Assembly: GCA_002269645.1 (NCBI GenBank)
Contig: NIVC01000719.1
Coordinates: forward strand, 238,020-302,019
DNA from: Macrostomum lignano
Lineage: Eukaryota
Length of the DNA stretch: 64,000 nt
Reading direction: 5' to 3'
The notes below the pieces were generated by a model. That model saw only the letters and a list, made by a program, of their open reading frames with translations. It had not been told where the DNA came from and ran no database searches. Shown one piece after another: positions 63,113 through 64,000 of this stretch. The position numbers and the translations under genes were made by a program. The first letter of the stretch is position 1; each line of letters opens with the position of its first letter.

Positions 63113-63265
63113 GATGAAAATGCCCAATGCAGTACGTGACTCGGAGAGCATTGAAAATGCCCAATGCAGTACGTGACTCGGAGAGCATTGAAAATGCCCA
63201 ATGCAGTACGTGACTCGGAGAGCATTGAAAATGCCCAATGCAGTACGTGACTCGGAGAGCATTGA
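63113..63265. repeat. 37-bp repeat x4 (GAAAATGCCCAATGCAGTACGTGACTCGGAGAGCATT)
   Basis: Seen directly. Confidence 0.92.
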
Positions 63266-63519
63266 AAGTTTGCAAAAAATTATGAAAACCTGGTCCAGAT
63301 TTCGGTCGCTGGTCGATCAGAAAAAATGTTTAAGAAAAAAACTCATTTTTTGTTATTGGTTGTGTGGGGAAAGCATTATAGAGAAATATTTTTGTCAAAC
63401 TATTCAACAGCACTCGGGACTTTTTAACAAATATTTTGCTACAGCTTTGGCGCTTATTTGTAAAATTATATGACCAACAGAATTAGAGGACTAATTGTAC
63501 TCACCTGTTTCATCAGCGA

Positions 63520-64000
63520 TCTGATTTCCCACACCCAGCCCCATCAGCGATCCAATATCCCACACCCAGCCCCATCAGCGATCCCATATCCCACACAGCC
63601 AGCCCATCAGTGATCCCATATCCCACACCCAGCCCTATTAGTAATCCCATATCCCACACCCAGCCCCATCAGTAATCCCAGATGCCACACCCAGCCCCAT
63701 CAGTGATCCCATATCCCACACCCAGCCCTATTAGTAATCCCATATCCCACACCCAGCCCCATCAGTAATCCCAGATGCCACACCCAGCCCCATCAGTGAT
63801 CCCATATCCCACACCCAGCCCTATTAGTAATCCCATATCCCACACCCAGCCCCATCAGTAATCCCAGATGCCACACCCAGCCCCATCAGTGATCCCATAT
63901 CCCACACCCAGCCCTATTAGTAATCCCATATCCCACACCCAGCCCCATCAGTAATCCCAGATGCCACACCCAGCCCCATCAGTAATCCCAGATGCCACAC
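63520..64000. repeat. 31-bp minisatellite (CCCACACCCAGCCCCATCAGT[G/A]ATCCCA[TATC/GATG])n
   Basis: Seen directly; continues to the window edge. Confidence 0.95.

Overview
Eukaryotic (animal) genomic DNA: GC-rich GT-AG exons separated by introns that are mostly minisatellite arrays. The style suggests a free-living flatworm such as Macrostomum (inference, not verified). By splicing exons by hand I recover eight protein-coding genes: EXOC4/Sec8 (-, runs off the left edge), PIGP (-, no in-frame ATG), a signal-peptide SRPBCC/START-like gene (+) whose 7.9-kb first intron holds an antisense kynurenine formamidase AFMID (-), LIN37 (-), FBF1 (+), a 12-TM MFSD4/NAGLT1-like MFS transporter with a ~430-aa mucin-like loop (-), and a furin/PCSK5-type convertase (-, runs off the right edge). 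Mobile DNA: a tRNA-derived CORE-like SINE, a 5'-truncated LINE with two stacked 3' ends, a 1,035-bp foldback element with ~295-bp TIRs and an 8-bp TSD, and a probable non-autonomous Helitron. Most long ORFs in the supplied track are tandem-repeat artefacts. Best leads: (i) PIGP may take its start codon from the flatworm spliced-leader AUG; (ii) complementary minisatellites in inverted orientation lie within single pre-mRNAs (clearest around one FBF1 exon); (iii) several repeat units look like copies of the adjacent splice site; (iv) the mucin-loop MFS transporter; (v) the foldback element and a TAGGCCTA-enriched AT-rich block. All identifications rest on recalled family motifs; no database search was run.
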